Of a DNA stretch of 64,000 nucleotides, positions 50,895-60,495 are shown piece by piece (the stretch's first letter is position 1; each line of letters opens with the position of its first letter). Source of the DNA: an uncultured Gemmatimonadaceae bacterium (GTDB lineage Bacteria; Gemmatimonadota; Gemmatimonadetes; Gemmatimonadales; Gemmatimonadaceae); NCBI GenBank assembly GCA_963817955.1, contig CAWFQK010000004.1, positions 32,001 through 96,000 on the forward strand. The letters run 5' to 3'. The position numbers and the translations under genes were made by a program. The notes below the pieces were generated by a model that saw only the letters and a list, made by a program, of their open reading frames with translations, did not search any database and was not told the origin of the DNA.

Positions 50895-53270
50895 ATGTCC
50901 AACGTCGCAAAGCTGAAGAAGCAGGCCGCCGAGTTCGAGCTCAAGAAGCAGCCCGAAAAGGCGATTGCTATCTACGTCAAGCTTCTCGAATCGTTCGACG
51001 AGCACGCCGACGAGCTCGACGTGGGACTGTTCAACCGCGTCGGCGACCTGATGTTGCGTCAGGGCAATGTCGCCGATGCCGTCGACTACTACGAGCGGGC
51101 CGTCGATCGCTACGCCGATACCGGCTTCGTGAACAATGCCATCGCGCTGTGCAACAAGATCCTCCGGCATTCGCCAGGGCGCGCGACGGTGTACTACACG
51201 CTCGGAAAGATCAGCGCGCAAAAAGGCTTCAAGATTGACGCGAAGGTCAACTTCCTCGAGTACGCCGACCGTATGCAGAAGGCCGGCAAAGTCGACGAAG
51301 CGTTCCGCGCATTGAAGGAGTTTGCCGATCTCTGCCCCGATCAGCACGAAATCCGTCTCATGCTCGCGGATCAGCTGACGAAGGCCGGCCGCATGGGCGA
51401 AGCGGTCGATCAGCTCCAAACGCTCTACGAGCGATACGATTCCGAGGGGCGCCTCGGGGAGGCGGCGGCGACGGCGGAACGCATGTGGGCCATCGATCCG
51501 TCAGCGGAGCCGCGCTCGTCGGCCGGCGGCACGCACAAGGCGCACGGCGGTGACCTGGTGTTCCTCGATCTCGATGAGGGACCGGCGCCATCGCAGCCGC
51601 ATCCGCAAGCAGTGATTCCGGCGGAGCCGGAGTTGCCGCCAGTGGCCGCGCCGCTCTCAGATGTCACCCGCATTGGCGACGACGTCATCGGCATCGAGAA
51701 GACGCCGTCATCGTCGCTCCTCGGGCTCGAGACAACCCGCCTGACACCGGACGATGCGACCATTGCGACGCCCACCGCGGGATCGCTCCTCGACATCGAG
51801 CCGTCGTCGGGCGCTGATTTTGATTTCGTTGTCCCGCCGGTCGAGGAGAAACCGTCACGCGAGACACCGCCCGAGCGGGGAACGCTGGATCTTGATCTCG
51901 CGTCATTGACGCTCGCCGGTCCGAGCACGCCGGCGAGCTCGCCGACGTACGCGCGCCCAACGCCGGGCACGGTACACGCTGCACTCGACGGTTTGCCGTT
52001 GATGGACCTCGACGTTTCGCCAGCCCCTGAGCTGCCGGCACCCCGTGTGTCGAGTCCGTTCGAGGAGATCGTGTTTGCAGAGGGCCTCGAGCTCATCGAG
52101 GGGATCTCCGATGCGACGACTGGCCCCGAGTTGCTCGATCTGAACGCGGAGAGCTTGACGCTCGACGACGACGAGGCACTGGTCATTCCGACTCCGTCGA
52201 TGTCACGGCGATCGACCATGGTCGCCGTGCACTCGGTGGAGATTCTCAAGGCGAGCGTGGAAGGCGAGCCGGAGAACTGGAGCCTCCGTCGTGAACTCGC
52301 CGAAGTGATGCTCGACGCGGGCGATCGCGATGGCGGCTTGCGCGAGCTCGAAGGAGCGATGGTCGGCGCGGAACGCTGCGGCGATCTCGGTCTCGCGTCC
52401 TCAATAGCGGAGGAGATCGCACGGCTCGAGCCGGAAGCGGTAAAGCACCATCAGAAGCGCGTCGAGTATGCGTTTCGCATCAACGACCACTCTCGGCTCA
52501 TCGAGGCCTACCTCGCGCTCGCCGACGCACTGTTGCGTTCCGATCAGGCCGACAAGGCGTGTACCGTCTATCAGCGAGTGCTGGATCTCGCGCCAGACGA
52601 TTTGCGTGCGCGTGCGGCCCTGGACACGATCGTTCTGGCGGCGCCGGAGTCCCCGCCGCCGCGCCCGACGGGCGTCGGCGCGCGCCGCGCATCTACCGCG
52701 CAAGCGCCGATCGCCGAACCGCCGATTCCCGAGCCGTCAAATGGTAGTTTCATTAACCTCGGTGACTGGTTGCGGGACGACCGAGGCCCGTTGGACACCC
52801 GCATGGTGGTCGCCGAGCAGGAGCCATCGGGCGACGAAGATGCGGACTTCGCCGACATGCTGCGGAAGTTCAAGCAGGGCGTCGCTGAAAACGTCGATGC
52901 GCAGGACTACCAGAGCCATTACGATCTGGCGATTGCCTACAAGGAGATGGGCCTGCTCGACGAGGCCATCGCGCAGTTTCAGAAGGCGCTCGGCAGTCCC
53001 TCGAATCATCTGCCGACGTACGAGGCGCTCGGCCAGTGCTTCCTCGACAAGGGCAAGTTCACGCTCGCGTCGTCGATCCTGGGCCGCGCGTTGAACGAGC
53101 CCGCGAGCGAGGACCAGCTCATCGGTGTGCTGTATCTCCTCGGCCGTGCGGCCGAGGCGCAGGGTCATCCCGACGAGGCGCTCGGTTATTATCAACGCGT
53201 CTTCGTCCTCGACATCCAGTTCCGTGACGTTGCGGAACGCCTCAACGAAGTGGAGCGGACTGCCCGATGA
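50895..53270 (+). CDS. Large TPR protein with acidic/Pro-rich linker
   Basis: TPR blocks at both ends; C-terminal HYDLAIAYKEMGLLDEAI. Confidence 0.75.
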   Translation: MSNVAKLKKQAAEFELKKQPEKAIAIYVKLLESFDEHADELDVGLFNRVGDLMLRQGNVADAVDYYERAVDRYADTGFVNNAIALCNKILRHSPGRATVYYTLGKISAQKGFKIDAKVNFLEYADRMQKAGKVDEAFRALKEFADLCPDQHEIRLMLADQLTKAGRMGEAVDQLQTLYERYDSEGRLGEAAATAERMWAIDPSAEPRSSAGGTHKAHGGDLVFLDLDEGPAPSQPHPQAVIPAEPELPPVAAPLSDVTRIGDDVIGIEKTPSSSLLGLETTRLTPDDATIATPTAGSLLDIEPSSGADFDFVVPPVEEKPSRETPPERGTLDLDLASLTLAGPSTPASSPTYARPTPGTVHAALDGLPLMDLDVSPAPELPAPRVSSPFEEIVFAEGLELIEGISDATTGPELLDLNAESLTLDDDEALVIPTPSMSRRSTMVAVHSVEILKASVEGEPENWSLRRELAEVMLDAGDRDGGLRELEGAMVGAERCGDLGLASSIAEEIARLEPEAVKHHQKRVEYAFRINDHSRLIEAYLALADALLRSDQADKACTVYQRVLDLAPDDLRARAALDTIVLAAPESPPPRPTGVGARRASTAQAPIAEPPIPEPSNGSFINLGDWLRDDRGPLDTRMVVAEQEPSGDEDADFADMLRKFKQGVAENVDAQDYQSHYDLAIAYKEMGLLDEAIAQFQKALGSPSNHLPTYEALGQCFLDKGKFTLASSILGRALNEPASEDQLIGVLYLLGRAAEAQGHPDEALGYYQRVFVLDIQFRDVAERLNEVERTAR

Positions 53271-54274
53271 ATGCTGTGATCGCGCGCACGCGAGCACCTG
53301 CGACCAGCGCGCTGCGAGATATTCAGGCGCCCGTGCGCGAGCGGCTGGAAGAAGTCGTTGGCGAGATGCAGCGCGTCGTCACTGACGACCTGCCGCTCAT
53401 CCAGGCCGTCAGTGGACATCTGCTCCAGATGCGGGGCAAGATGTTCAGACCGACGCTTACGCTGTTGTCGAGCGCGGCGCTCGGCCGGCCGGAGCCGCGG
53501 GCGATCACGCTCGCCGCGACGATCGAGTTGATGCACCTCGCGACCCTGGTGCACGACGATTCTGTGGATCACTCGGTCCTCCGGCGCGGATTACCGACCG
53601 TGAACTCGTTGTTCAGCCACCAGGTGTCGGTCATCATGGGTGACTTCCTGTACACGCGCGCCTTGAAGGCGCTCGTGGGCATGGGCGACCTACCGATCAT
53701 GCAGATCGTATCCGGTGTGGCGAACGAGCTCACCATTGGCGAGATGCGACAGTTGGGTGCGGTCGACTCGCTGTCGTTTCCGGAAGAGGAGTACTATCAC
53801 CTCATTCGCGCCAAGACCGCGTCACTGATATCCGGTGCATGCGAGAGCGGGGCATTGTGTGGCGCGCCGGAGTTCCGCGGGGCGCTCAAGCAATACGGCG
53901 ATCTTCTTGGCATGGCGTTCCAGATCGCCGATGACATCCTGGACTACACGGCGGACCAGGCCGTAACTGGCAAGCCGAGCGGTCTCGACCTCCGGGAGCA
54001 CAAGGTCACCCTGCCTCTCATTGCCGCTCTGCGACGGGTCTCCGCGGCGGGCCGCGGGCGCATTGACGAACTGTTCGCGACGGAGTCGCCGTCCGATGAC
54101 CTCTTTGCCGACGTGATGGGCATCGTCACGGAGGCAGGGGGCATTGACTATGCGCGCCAGCGGGGCGACCAGTTCGCGAATGACGCTGATCAGGCCTTGC
54201 GTGTCCTTCCAGAGAGTCCGGTCCGGTCGGCCCTGGCCGACTCAATCGCTTACGTCATGGATCGGCGGTCCTAA
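53267..54274 (+). CDS. Polyprenyl diphosphate synthase (IspB/HepT-like)
   Basis: GKMFRP, LVHDDSVD..RRG, KTA, FQIADDILD. Confidence 0.92.
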   Translation: MNAVIARTRAPATSALRDIQAPVRERLEEVVGEMQRVVTDDLPLIQAVSGHLLQMRGKMFRPTLTLLSSAALGRPEPRAITLAATIELMHLATLVHDDSVDHSVLRRGLPTVNSLFSHQVSVIMGDFLYTRALKALVGMGDLPIMQIVSGVANELTIGEMRQLGAVDSLSFPEEEYYHLIRAKTASLISGACESGALCGAPEFRGALKQYGDLLGMAFQIADDILDYTADQAVTGKPSGLDLREHKVTLPLIAALRRVSAAGRGRIDELFATESPSDDLFADVMGIVTEAGGIDYARQRGDQFANDADQALRVLPESPVRSALADSIAYVMDRRS

Positions 54275-54555
54275 TGGCACCTCGTGGTTCATCCAGACAC
54301 CGGCCGGGGTTTCATGCTCTGGTCCTGGCTATTGGCTTTGTCGTGGGCGGCGTCATGCAACTGGCGGCGCGGAATCTGTTCCCCGCCGGCGCTGCGAAAC
54401 AGTTCCTCACCGCCGGCGTCACGCCATCACTGGGGCCAGTGTACGTCGATCTGGTGTTGATCAAGTTTGCTTTAGGGCCCGTCGCGCTGGATGTCTCGCT
54501 ACTGAGTCTGGTTGGTGTCTTGGTCGCGTACCTCATCGCGCGCTCGCTTTTCTGA
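54274..54555 (+). CDS. Small membrane protein, DUF4321-like
   Basis: 93 aa, two hydrophobic segments, VDLVLIKF..G..DVSLLSLVG pattern; coupled to the upstream stop. Confidence 0.6.
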   Translation: MAPRGSSRHRPGFHALVLAIGFVVGGVMQLAARNLFPAGAAKQFLTAGVTPSLGPVYVDLVLIKFALGPVALDVSLLSLVGVLVAYLIARSLF

Positions 54556-54860
54556 TGCGCTTCGCGACGCGTCGGTGTGAAGCATCCACCGGATGAGGCG
54601 GTAGGGAACGACGATCGGTGACATGGTGTAGCGTCGAGGTTCTGGTAGGCGACGCCAAATTGTAGAACACTCAACGTCTCGTCATGCGGTATTTCAAAGG
54701 CTGCTCAGGCCGCGGTCTTGGTCCCGCTGAGCCATCCGTAGCTATATCTTACGGGTGGCGGCGTCACGAAGCCCAATTCGCCGCGAGCGGACGCAGGCGT
54801 GGCCTCGAATCTCAACGCAGTGGCGCGTCGTAGGTGGCGGCGTGCCCCCGGAACCACTAG

Positions 54861-55655
54861 ATGGCACCTGAGCAAAAGGAACACTTGAGCGAGATGCCGT
54901 TCCTCGATCATCTCGAGGAACTTCGCTGGCGTATTCTGAAGAGCCTGCTGGCGATCGCGATCGCGTTCGCGTTCACGTTTTGGCTCTGCACGGCGTCTGG
55001 CGTGGACATTATCGGGATTGCCATTCAGCCGATTCAGCCGTATCTCCACGGGAAGAAACTCGTTATCATGGGTCCCGTCGAGAAATTCACGCTGCTCCTC
55101 CAAGCCGCCGGTGCCCTGGCATTGGTTATTGCCAGCCCCGTGGTGGGCTATCAGATCTGGGCCTTCCTCATGCCCGCGCTCACGACGAAGGAGCGGAGGG
55201 TGGTCATACCGGTTCTGATTGGTGCCGCGGCACTCTTCGCGGCGGGCATCGCGATGTCGGTGTTCATCTTTGTGCCGGTGACCATGGGCCTGATGGACAG
55301 GCTTCCAGGGGCATCACTCGATGTCATGCTCGTGGCGTCACAGTATTTCGGTTTTCTCTTCGCCGTATCGCTTGCGTTCGGCGCGATGTTCGAGCTCCCG
55401 ATTGCCATCCTCGCTCTGACGGCGCTCGGCCTCGTCACACCACAATTCCTGACCAAGTACCGGCGCCATGCGATCGTCGCCACGCTCGTCGTGTGCGAGA
55501 TCGTCACGCCGGGTGACTTCATCATCTCGACGTTGATGCTGTGGATTCCCGTCTATGCGTTGTACGAGCTCAGCATCATCGTCTCGCGGTTCGTCTATCG
55601 CGCGCGGATGAAGCGGGCGCTGCAGGACGAGAACGCAGGGGCGATTGCGGTGTGA
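54861..55655 (+). CDS. tatC: Twin-arginine translocase TatC
   Basis: MPFLDHLEELRWR, YQIWAF..P.L...ERR, FELP, YRRHA, TP.D, LYE. Confidence 0.93.
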   Translation: MAPEQKEHLSEMPFLDHLEELRWRILKSLLAIAIAFAFTFWLCTASGVDIIGIAIQPIQPYLHGKKLVIMGPVEKFTLLLQAAGALALVIASPVVGYQIWAFLMPALTTKERRVVIPVLIGAAALFAAGIAMSVFIFVPVTMGLMDRLPGASLDVMLVASQYFGFLFAVSLAFGAMFELPIAILALTALGLVTPQFLTKYRRHAIVATLVVCEIVTPGDFIISTLMLWIPVYALYELSIIVSRFVYRARMKRALQDENAGAIAV

Positions 55656-55737
55656 TGGGCAGGTAGCTTGCAGTGTGATGGCCGGTTATCAGGGGCTGAC
55701 AGGTGCGCCGGACATTTGTGCTGATCCGGCTCTAACG

Positions 55738-55844
55738 ATAGATTTTGGTGTTATCAAGTTGGGACCGGGATCCTTCGCGCTCGGTGTGTCGATGCTGAGT
55801 TTCGCAGGGTCATGGTTGGCTAACCGATTATGCAGTCGCTTTTC
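55738..55844 (+). pseudogene. Decayed duplicate of the DUF4321-like gene's 3' part
   Basis: IDFGVIKLGPGSFALGVSMLSFAG aligns to VDLVLIKFALGPVALDVSLLSLVG; both copies share terminal TCGCTTTTC; frameshift and stop present. Confidence 0.6.
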
Positions 55845-55855
55845 AAGGAGATGGT

Positions 55856-56128
55856 ATGCCAGTGCTAGAAGCCTCGATCTTCGGTCCGATGGAAATCGGC
55901 CTCCTCATGGTGGTCGTGTTGCTGCTCTTTGGAGCCAAGCGAATCCCCGAAATCGCTGGTTCCTTCGGCAAGGGCATCAAGGAATTCAAGAGAAACATGG
56001 ATGACGTGCAGAAATCAATTGAAGCGCCGTTGAATTCGACGTCGACTCGGTCGGCGCTGCCGCCCTCGGACGTGGCCTCGATTCGCGAGGAAAGCGAGTC
56101 CACTCGGGAGCCGAAGCGATTGCTGTAG
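55856..56128 (+). CDS. tatA: Twin-arginine translocase TatA
   Basis: E...VVLLLFGAKRIPEIAGSFGKGIKEFK; SD AAGGAG. Confidence 0.92.
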   Translation: MPVLEASIFGPMEIGLLMVVVLLLFGAKRIPEIAGSFGKGIKEFKRNMDDVQKSIEAPLNSTSTRSALPPSDVASIREESESTREPKRLL

Positions 56129-56146
56129 GTCAGCATGGCCGCTCAG

Positions 56147-56191
56147 ACGAACGAAAGGGCGGGCCATCGAGTGGCCCGCCCTTTCGTTCGT
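56147..56191. terminator. Bidirectional terminator hairpin between convergent genes
   Basis: ACGAACGAAAGGGCGGGCCA-TCGAG-TGGCCCGCCCTTTCGTTCGT (20-bp perfect stem). Confidence 0.8.
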
Positions 56192-56210
56192 TGCGTGCCG
56201 GCGCGCGCGC

Positions 56211-58040
56211 TTACGTTTCCGTGCGTCGTGCTGCGGCGTTGATCTGCGTGCGGCGGTCGTCCACCTTCGCGGCCTTCCGCATGTCGTTCAGGAACATCTG
56301 GATCTTCTGCTGGCGGAGCTGCTGCAGACGCGTCGCCCTCTGCGCATCCTTCTGCGCCGCCCATGCCGAACTGTCCGACACCACGCGCTTGTCTACGCGG
56401 AGCACATACACGGCATCGTCGGTCTTCACTGGCTCGCTGACCGCGCCGGTCGGCAGTCCGAACGCCGCACCAATCGCCTCGTTGAACTGACCAATGCCCG
56501 GCACAACGGACGAGCGCGCGAACATCTGAGTCTGCTCGACTTTCTTGTTGGCCTGCTGCGCCGCAGCCTCGAGCGTACTGGTCGCCGCCATCGACGCAAG
56601 CTGCTTTGCTTGCGGCATCAGCTTGTCGAGTTGACGCTGCATTGCTATATGGGCTCGTACCTGCTCCTTCACGTTCTCGAACTTTGGCTCGCCGCCTTCA
56701 CGCAGCGTGTCGAGTCGGGCGAGATAGTAGCCGTTGTCGTCATCGTATAGGTCGCTGGTCTCGCCAGGCTTCGCCCCGCCGAACGCCCAGGCGCTCACAC
56801 TCGGAATCACGACGCCGTTCACCATAGCCGGCTCGCCTTCCGATACCTGGACCTTCGAGATCGTCAGGCCGAGCTTCTTGGCCGCGCTATCGAGTTTGCT
56901 GCCTTGCTCGCTCGCGGCCGCCATACGCGACAGCTGATCGGCTTCCTTGTCGATCCGCGTCGCGGTCGAATCGCTCGCCTGGATGCGCACCAAGATGTGG
57001 TGGAGCGACAGCGTGTCGCCCTTCTTGCTATCCACTCTAATGAGGTGAAATCCGAACGGTGTCAGGACGGGCTGTGACACTTCGCCCACCGGCAGTGCGT
57101 ACGCAGCCTTCTCGAACTCGGAGACGAAGCGGCCCTTGCCGCCCTTGCCGAGTTCGCCGCCGTTCCTTCCAGACACCGTGTCAGCCGACTCGCGCTTTGC
57201 GACATCCTCGAACTTCGCGCCCTTCACGATCTCGTCGCGAAGCTTGAGAGCGTGGTCACGCGCTGCCGCGGTATCCGCCGCCGTGGTCACGCGAGGAATC
57301 GTGACGAGCGACAGGACGGCCCGGCCCGAGCCTTGAAAATCCGCCTTGTGCTGATCGAAGTACGTCTTCAGGTCGGCATCGGAAATCGCGTTCGCGGCCG
57401 CCGCATCGAGTGTCGGAGTGAACGAGACGTAGCTGACCTGCGCACTATCGTGCTGGTCGCGCCAGGCGCGCCACAACTCCGCGTCGGTGACGTACACGCC
57501 CGACGCGATCTGGTCGAACAGCTTCTCTCGCGGAATCTCGGTGCGATAGTAGTTCTCCAGCGATACGAGCAGACCGCCCTGACGCGCCTGCGGGCTCGCC
57601 AGGAGCCGCTGGTACTTGTCGGGGTCGAAGCGCCCTTCCGTCTGAAGCTCTGGGGCCTGCGTGATCCACGGCGGCGGTGCGTATTGCGCGAATTCGCGCA
57701 CCTCGTCGTCCGTCACGACGATGTTGCGACGACGGTACTCGCCCTGCAGCAGGATGTTCGATACCATCTGATCGAAAACACTGTTCTCGATCCGGCGCGT
57801 ATCGTCCAGGGTTAGACTGCGCCCCTCCCGTTGCTGTGCCGCCTGGATCTCCTGCTGGACTTGGGCGGTGAATTGCTGGTAAGGGATATCTTGACCGTTG
57901 ACGACTGCCACCGCGGTGGTTGCCGTGACGGGGTTGCGGCCCATGAGGCCGGAGGTTTCATAGAGGAGGAAACCTCCGACGAATACCACGGCGACGAGCA
58001 CCCAGATGTACTTGGCCAAGCCCCGCATCTGTTGCAGCAC
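56211..58040 (-). CDS. SurA/PpiD-like parvulin peptidyl-prolyl isomerase
   Basis: N-terminal TM, SurA-N, FEDVAKRESAD..NGGELG, EFEKAA, PFGFHLI. Confidence 0.88.
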   Translation of the reverse strand: MLQQMRGLAKYIWVLVAVVFVGGFLLYETSGLMGRNPVTATTAVAVVNGQDIPYQQFTAQVQQEIQAAQQREGRSLTLDDTRRIENSVFDQMVSNILLQGEYRRRNIVVTDDEVREFAQYAPPPWITQAPELQTEGRFDPDKYQRLLASPQARQGGLLVSLENYYRTEIPREKLFDQIASGVYVTDAELWRAWRDQHDSAQVSYVSFTPTLDAAAANAISDADLKTYFDQHKADFQGSGRAVLSLVTIPRVTTAADTAAARDHALKLRDEIVKGAKFEDVAKRESADTVSGRNGGELGKGGKGRFVSEFEKAAYALPVGEVSQPVLTPFGFHLIRVDSKKGDTLSLHHILVRIQASDSTATRIDKEADQLSRMAAASEQGSKLDSAAKKLGLTISKVQVSEGEPAMVNGVVIPSVSAWAFGGAKPGETSDLYDDDNGYYLARLDTLREGGEPKFENVKEQVRAHIAMQRQLDKLMPQAKQLASMAATSTLEAAAQQANKKVEQTQMFARSSVVPGIGQFNEAIGAAFGLPTGAVSEPVKTDDAVYVLRVDKRVVSDSSAWAAQKDAQRATRLQQLRQQKIQMFLNDMRKAAKVDDRRTQINAAARRTET

Positions 58041-58234
58041 GGGATGAAACTCCGTAGCGCTGGAGGGAAGGAATAAACCGACGAGCCAAGCTGGAGAAGT
58101 TAGGACCCGACATGGGCTAAAATCAAGTGATGGTGTGACTTCTGATTGACTGTTCGCGTCAGCGCGGTGTATTATCCGCTTTCGTCCCGGTCCCGGGCTT
58201 CGGCCCTCATTCGCGATCCGCATCGAGGGCAACA

Positions 58235-60058
58235 ATGGCCAGTTCCGCGCGCATCGACGAGCTACGAAAAAAATTCGACGAGAACCCGCGGCGGTACTTC
58301 GCTCCCCTCGCCAACGAGTACCGCAAGGCCGGCGATCTCGAGCAGGCGATCTTCATTTGTCAGGAGTACCTGCCCCAGCAGCCGGGCCACATGAGCGGCC
58401 ACATCGTCTATGGTCAGGCCCTCTATGAAATGGGTCGCCACGACGAGGCCCGCGCGGTCTTCGAGACTGCCTTATCGCTCGATCCAGAGAATCTGATCGC
58501 TCTCCGGCACCTCGGTGACATTGCCCGCGAGTCTGGCGACACAGACAGCGCCCGCGTCTGGTATCAGCGTGTGCTCGAAGCTGATCCGCGCAATGAGGAG
58601 ATCGCTCAGATCATGATCTCGCTGCTCGCCTCTCCGGTCGAGCGTGCCTCGGCGGGCGATGCGGGTTTGCATGTCGAAAAATCCGAGGAATCCGAGATAC
58701 CCGCCGAGCCGAGCGTTTCGACGTCGAGCGGGCTGGCCGGCCCAGACTTCGAAGCCGTATCAGACTTCGATGCTCTATCAAATCTCGAAGCCGTATCAGA
58801 CTCCGAAGTCTTTCTAGACTCAGAAGCCGTACCGGTTTCGGACGGTGACGTCACCGAAGAGGACGCGTTGCCGATCGTGGCCTCAGCATCGGCTGCCCCT
58901 GAGGTCGATGACGGTCTCCTCGACTTCGGCGATTTCAGCATCGGCGGCCTCGGTGTTCCAGTGTCGGCCGGCGAGTCGGATGACGTGTTGGAACAGCCGT
59001 CAGCCGCCGACGCCGGCATCGACACGGCCAGCGAAGAAGAGCCGTTCGAGGCCGATCCGTTTGCAATCGCAGGCGCATCCTTACTGGGCGAGCCCGAGTC
59101 TCCGGACATGACGGAACCGCTGGCCAACACGGAGCCGCCTGTCGTCGAGTTCGCGACGGACCTTACCCTCGGATTAGCGGACGACTCGGCAACGGTCTCC
59201 AATGAGCCACCGCAGGACGCGCAGATCGACGGACTGGAAACCTTCGAGTCCGGATTCCCCACAGAGGAAGAGACCGTACCCGCATCGGCATTCGTTACGG
59301 AGACGATGGCTCAGCTCTACCTGGAGCAGGGGCATCTCGAGTCTGCAGTGGACATCTACCGTCAGCTCGTGGAGCAGCGTCCGGAGGATGCGCATCTCAG
59401 CGAGCGCCTGCGCACTCTCACAGAACAAGCGCACGGCGCGCCTGCGTCTGCTGCTGCCGGAGACAGCGTTCCCGAGGAGCCGGCGAGCGCCGGCGGACCG
59501 ACCATTCGCGAGTTCCTGAGTGAATTGGTCGCGCGCCGGCCCCTCAGCGTCGAGACACCCCTGCAAGTCGCGGACAGTGAGATGAGCGAAGGCTCGGTTG
59601 CGGCGGACACCCTGCTCACCGACATGCAGGTGGCGGTCGAGCTGGATACGGAACGCACGGCCGAGCCAGGATCCAGTCGTCCATCACCGTCGCCCTCGAG
59701 CGACACGGTGAGCGGGTCGATCGATGTCTTGTTCTCAGGCGCCGAGCGGTCAGTTTCAGATACACCGGCCGCAAGCACATTCGCCGAGGCGTTCGGGCCG
59801 AAGGACGCTGAAACGGAACCGTTGCAGGGGGTGCCGGCGCATCGGGCATCGAGCGAGTTGTCGCTCGACCATGTCTTCAAGGGCAACAAGCCGCCCAAGT
59901 CGGACGAGGATCCTGATGGCTTCTCGTTCGACCAGTTCTTCTCCGAAGATGCGACGGATTCCTCGAGGCCCGGTTCGGAAGGCGGCACGCAGGCGCAGGA
60001 ACCGACGGATGACATCGCGCAGTTCCACGCGTGGCTCAACGGACTCAAGAAAACGTGA
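58235..60058 (+). CDS. TPR protein with a long acidic linker
   Basis: N-terminal TPRs, TETMAQLYLEQGH motif, C-terminal F.AWL.GLK. Confidence 0.72.
   Translation: MASSARIDELRKKFDENPRRYFAPLANEYRKAGDLEQAIFICQEYLPQQPGHMSGHIVYGQALYEMGRHDEARAVFETALSLDPENLIALRHLGDIARESGDTDSARVWYQRVLEADPRNEEIAQIMISLLASPVERASAGDAGLHVEKSEESEIPAEPSVSTSSGLAGPDFEAVSDFDALSNLEAVSDSEVFLDSEAVPVSDGDVTEEDALPIVASASAAPEVDDGLLDFGDFSIGGLGVPVSAGESDDVLEQPSAADAGIDTASEEEPFEADPFAIAGASLLGEPESPDMTEPLANTEPPVVEFATDLTLGLADDSATVSNEPPQDAQIDGLETFESGFPTEEETVPASAFVTETMAQLYLEQGHLESAVDIYRQLVEQRPEDAHLSERLRTLTEQAHGAPASAAAGDSVPEEPASAGGPTIREFLSELVARRPLSVETPLQVADSEMSEGSVAADTLLTDMQVAVELDTERTAEPGSSRPSPSPSSDTVSGSIDVLFSGAERSVSDTPAASTFAEAFGPKDAETEPLQGVPAHRASSELSLDHVFKGNKPPKSDEDPDGFSFDQFFSEDATDSSRPGSEGGTQAQEPTDDIAQFHAWLNGLKKT
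58745..58834 (+). repeat. 18-bp in-frame tandem repeat, 5 copies
   Basis: GACTTCGAAGCCGTATCA and four variants encoding DFEAVS/DFDALS/NLEAVS/DSEVFL/DSEAVP. Confidence 0.8.
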
Positions 60059-60495
60059 AGATTGCCATTCTGAATGGCCCCAATCTCAATTTGTTGGGAA
60101 CGCGCGAACCTGCACTCTACGGCCGCGAGACACTCGCGGATATCGAGGAGTCGCTGCGCTCCGTCGGCCGAGAGCTCGGCGCGGATCTGCAGTTTGCGCA
60201 ACACAATGGGGAAGGTGAGATCATCGACGCCATCCACGCGCTGCGCGGAGACGTGGACGGCATCGTGATCAACGCTGGCGCCTATACGCACAGCAGTCTG
60301 GCCATCCGCGACGCCCTGTCCGCCGTTGCGGTACCGTTCGTCGAGGTGCATCTCACGAACGTGTACGCGCGCGAAGCGGAGCGCCGGCATTCGATGCTTG
60401 CCCCCGCTGCCGTGGGTACGGTGTGCGGGCTGGGAGCGTATGGTTACGAGCTCGCGTTGCGCGGGTTGACTCGCACACTCACTGCCCGTGTCTGA
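60055..60495 (+). CDS. aroQ: Type II 3-dehydroquinate dehydratase
   Basis: LNGPNLNLLG.REP..YG, INAGAYTH, EVHLTN. Confidence 0.95.
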   Translation: MKIAILNGPNLNLLGTREPALYGRETLADIEESLRSVGRELGADLQFAQHNGEGEIIDAIHALRGDVDGIVINAGAYTHSSLAIRDALSAVAVPFVEVHLTNVYAREAERRHSMLAPAAVGTVCGLGAYGYELALRGLTRTLTARV

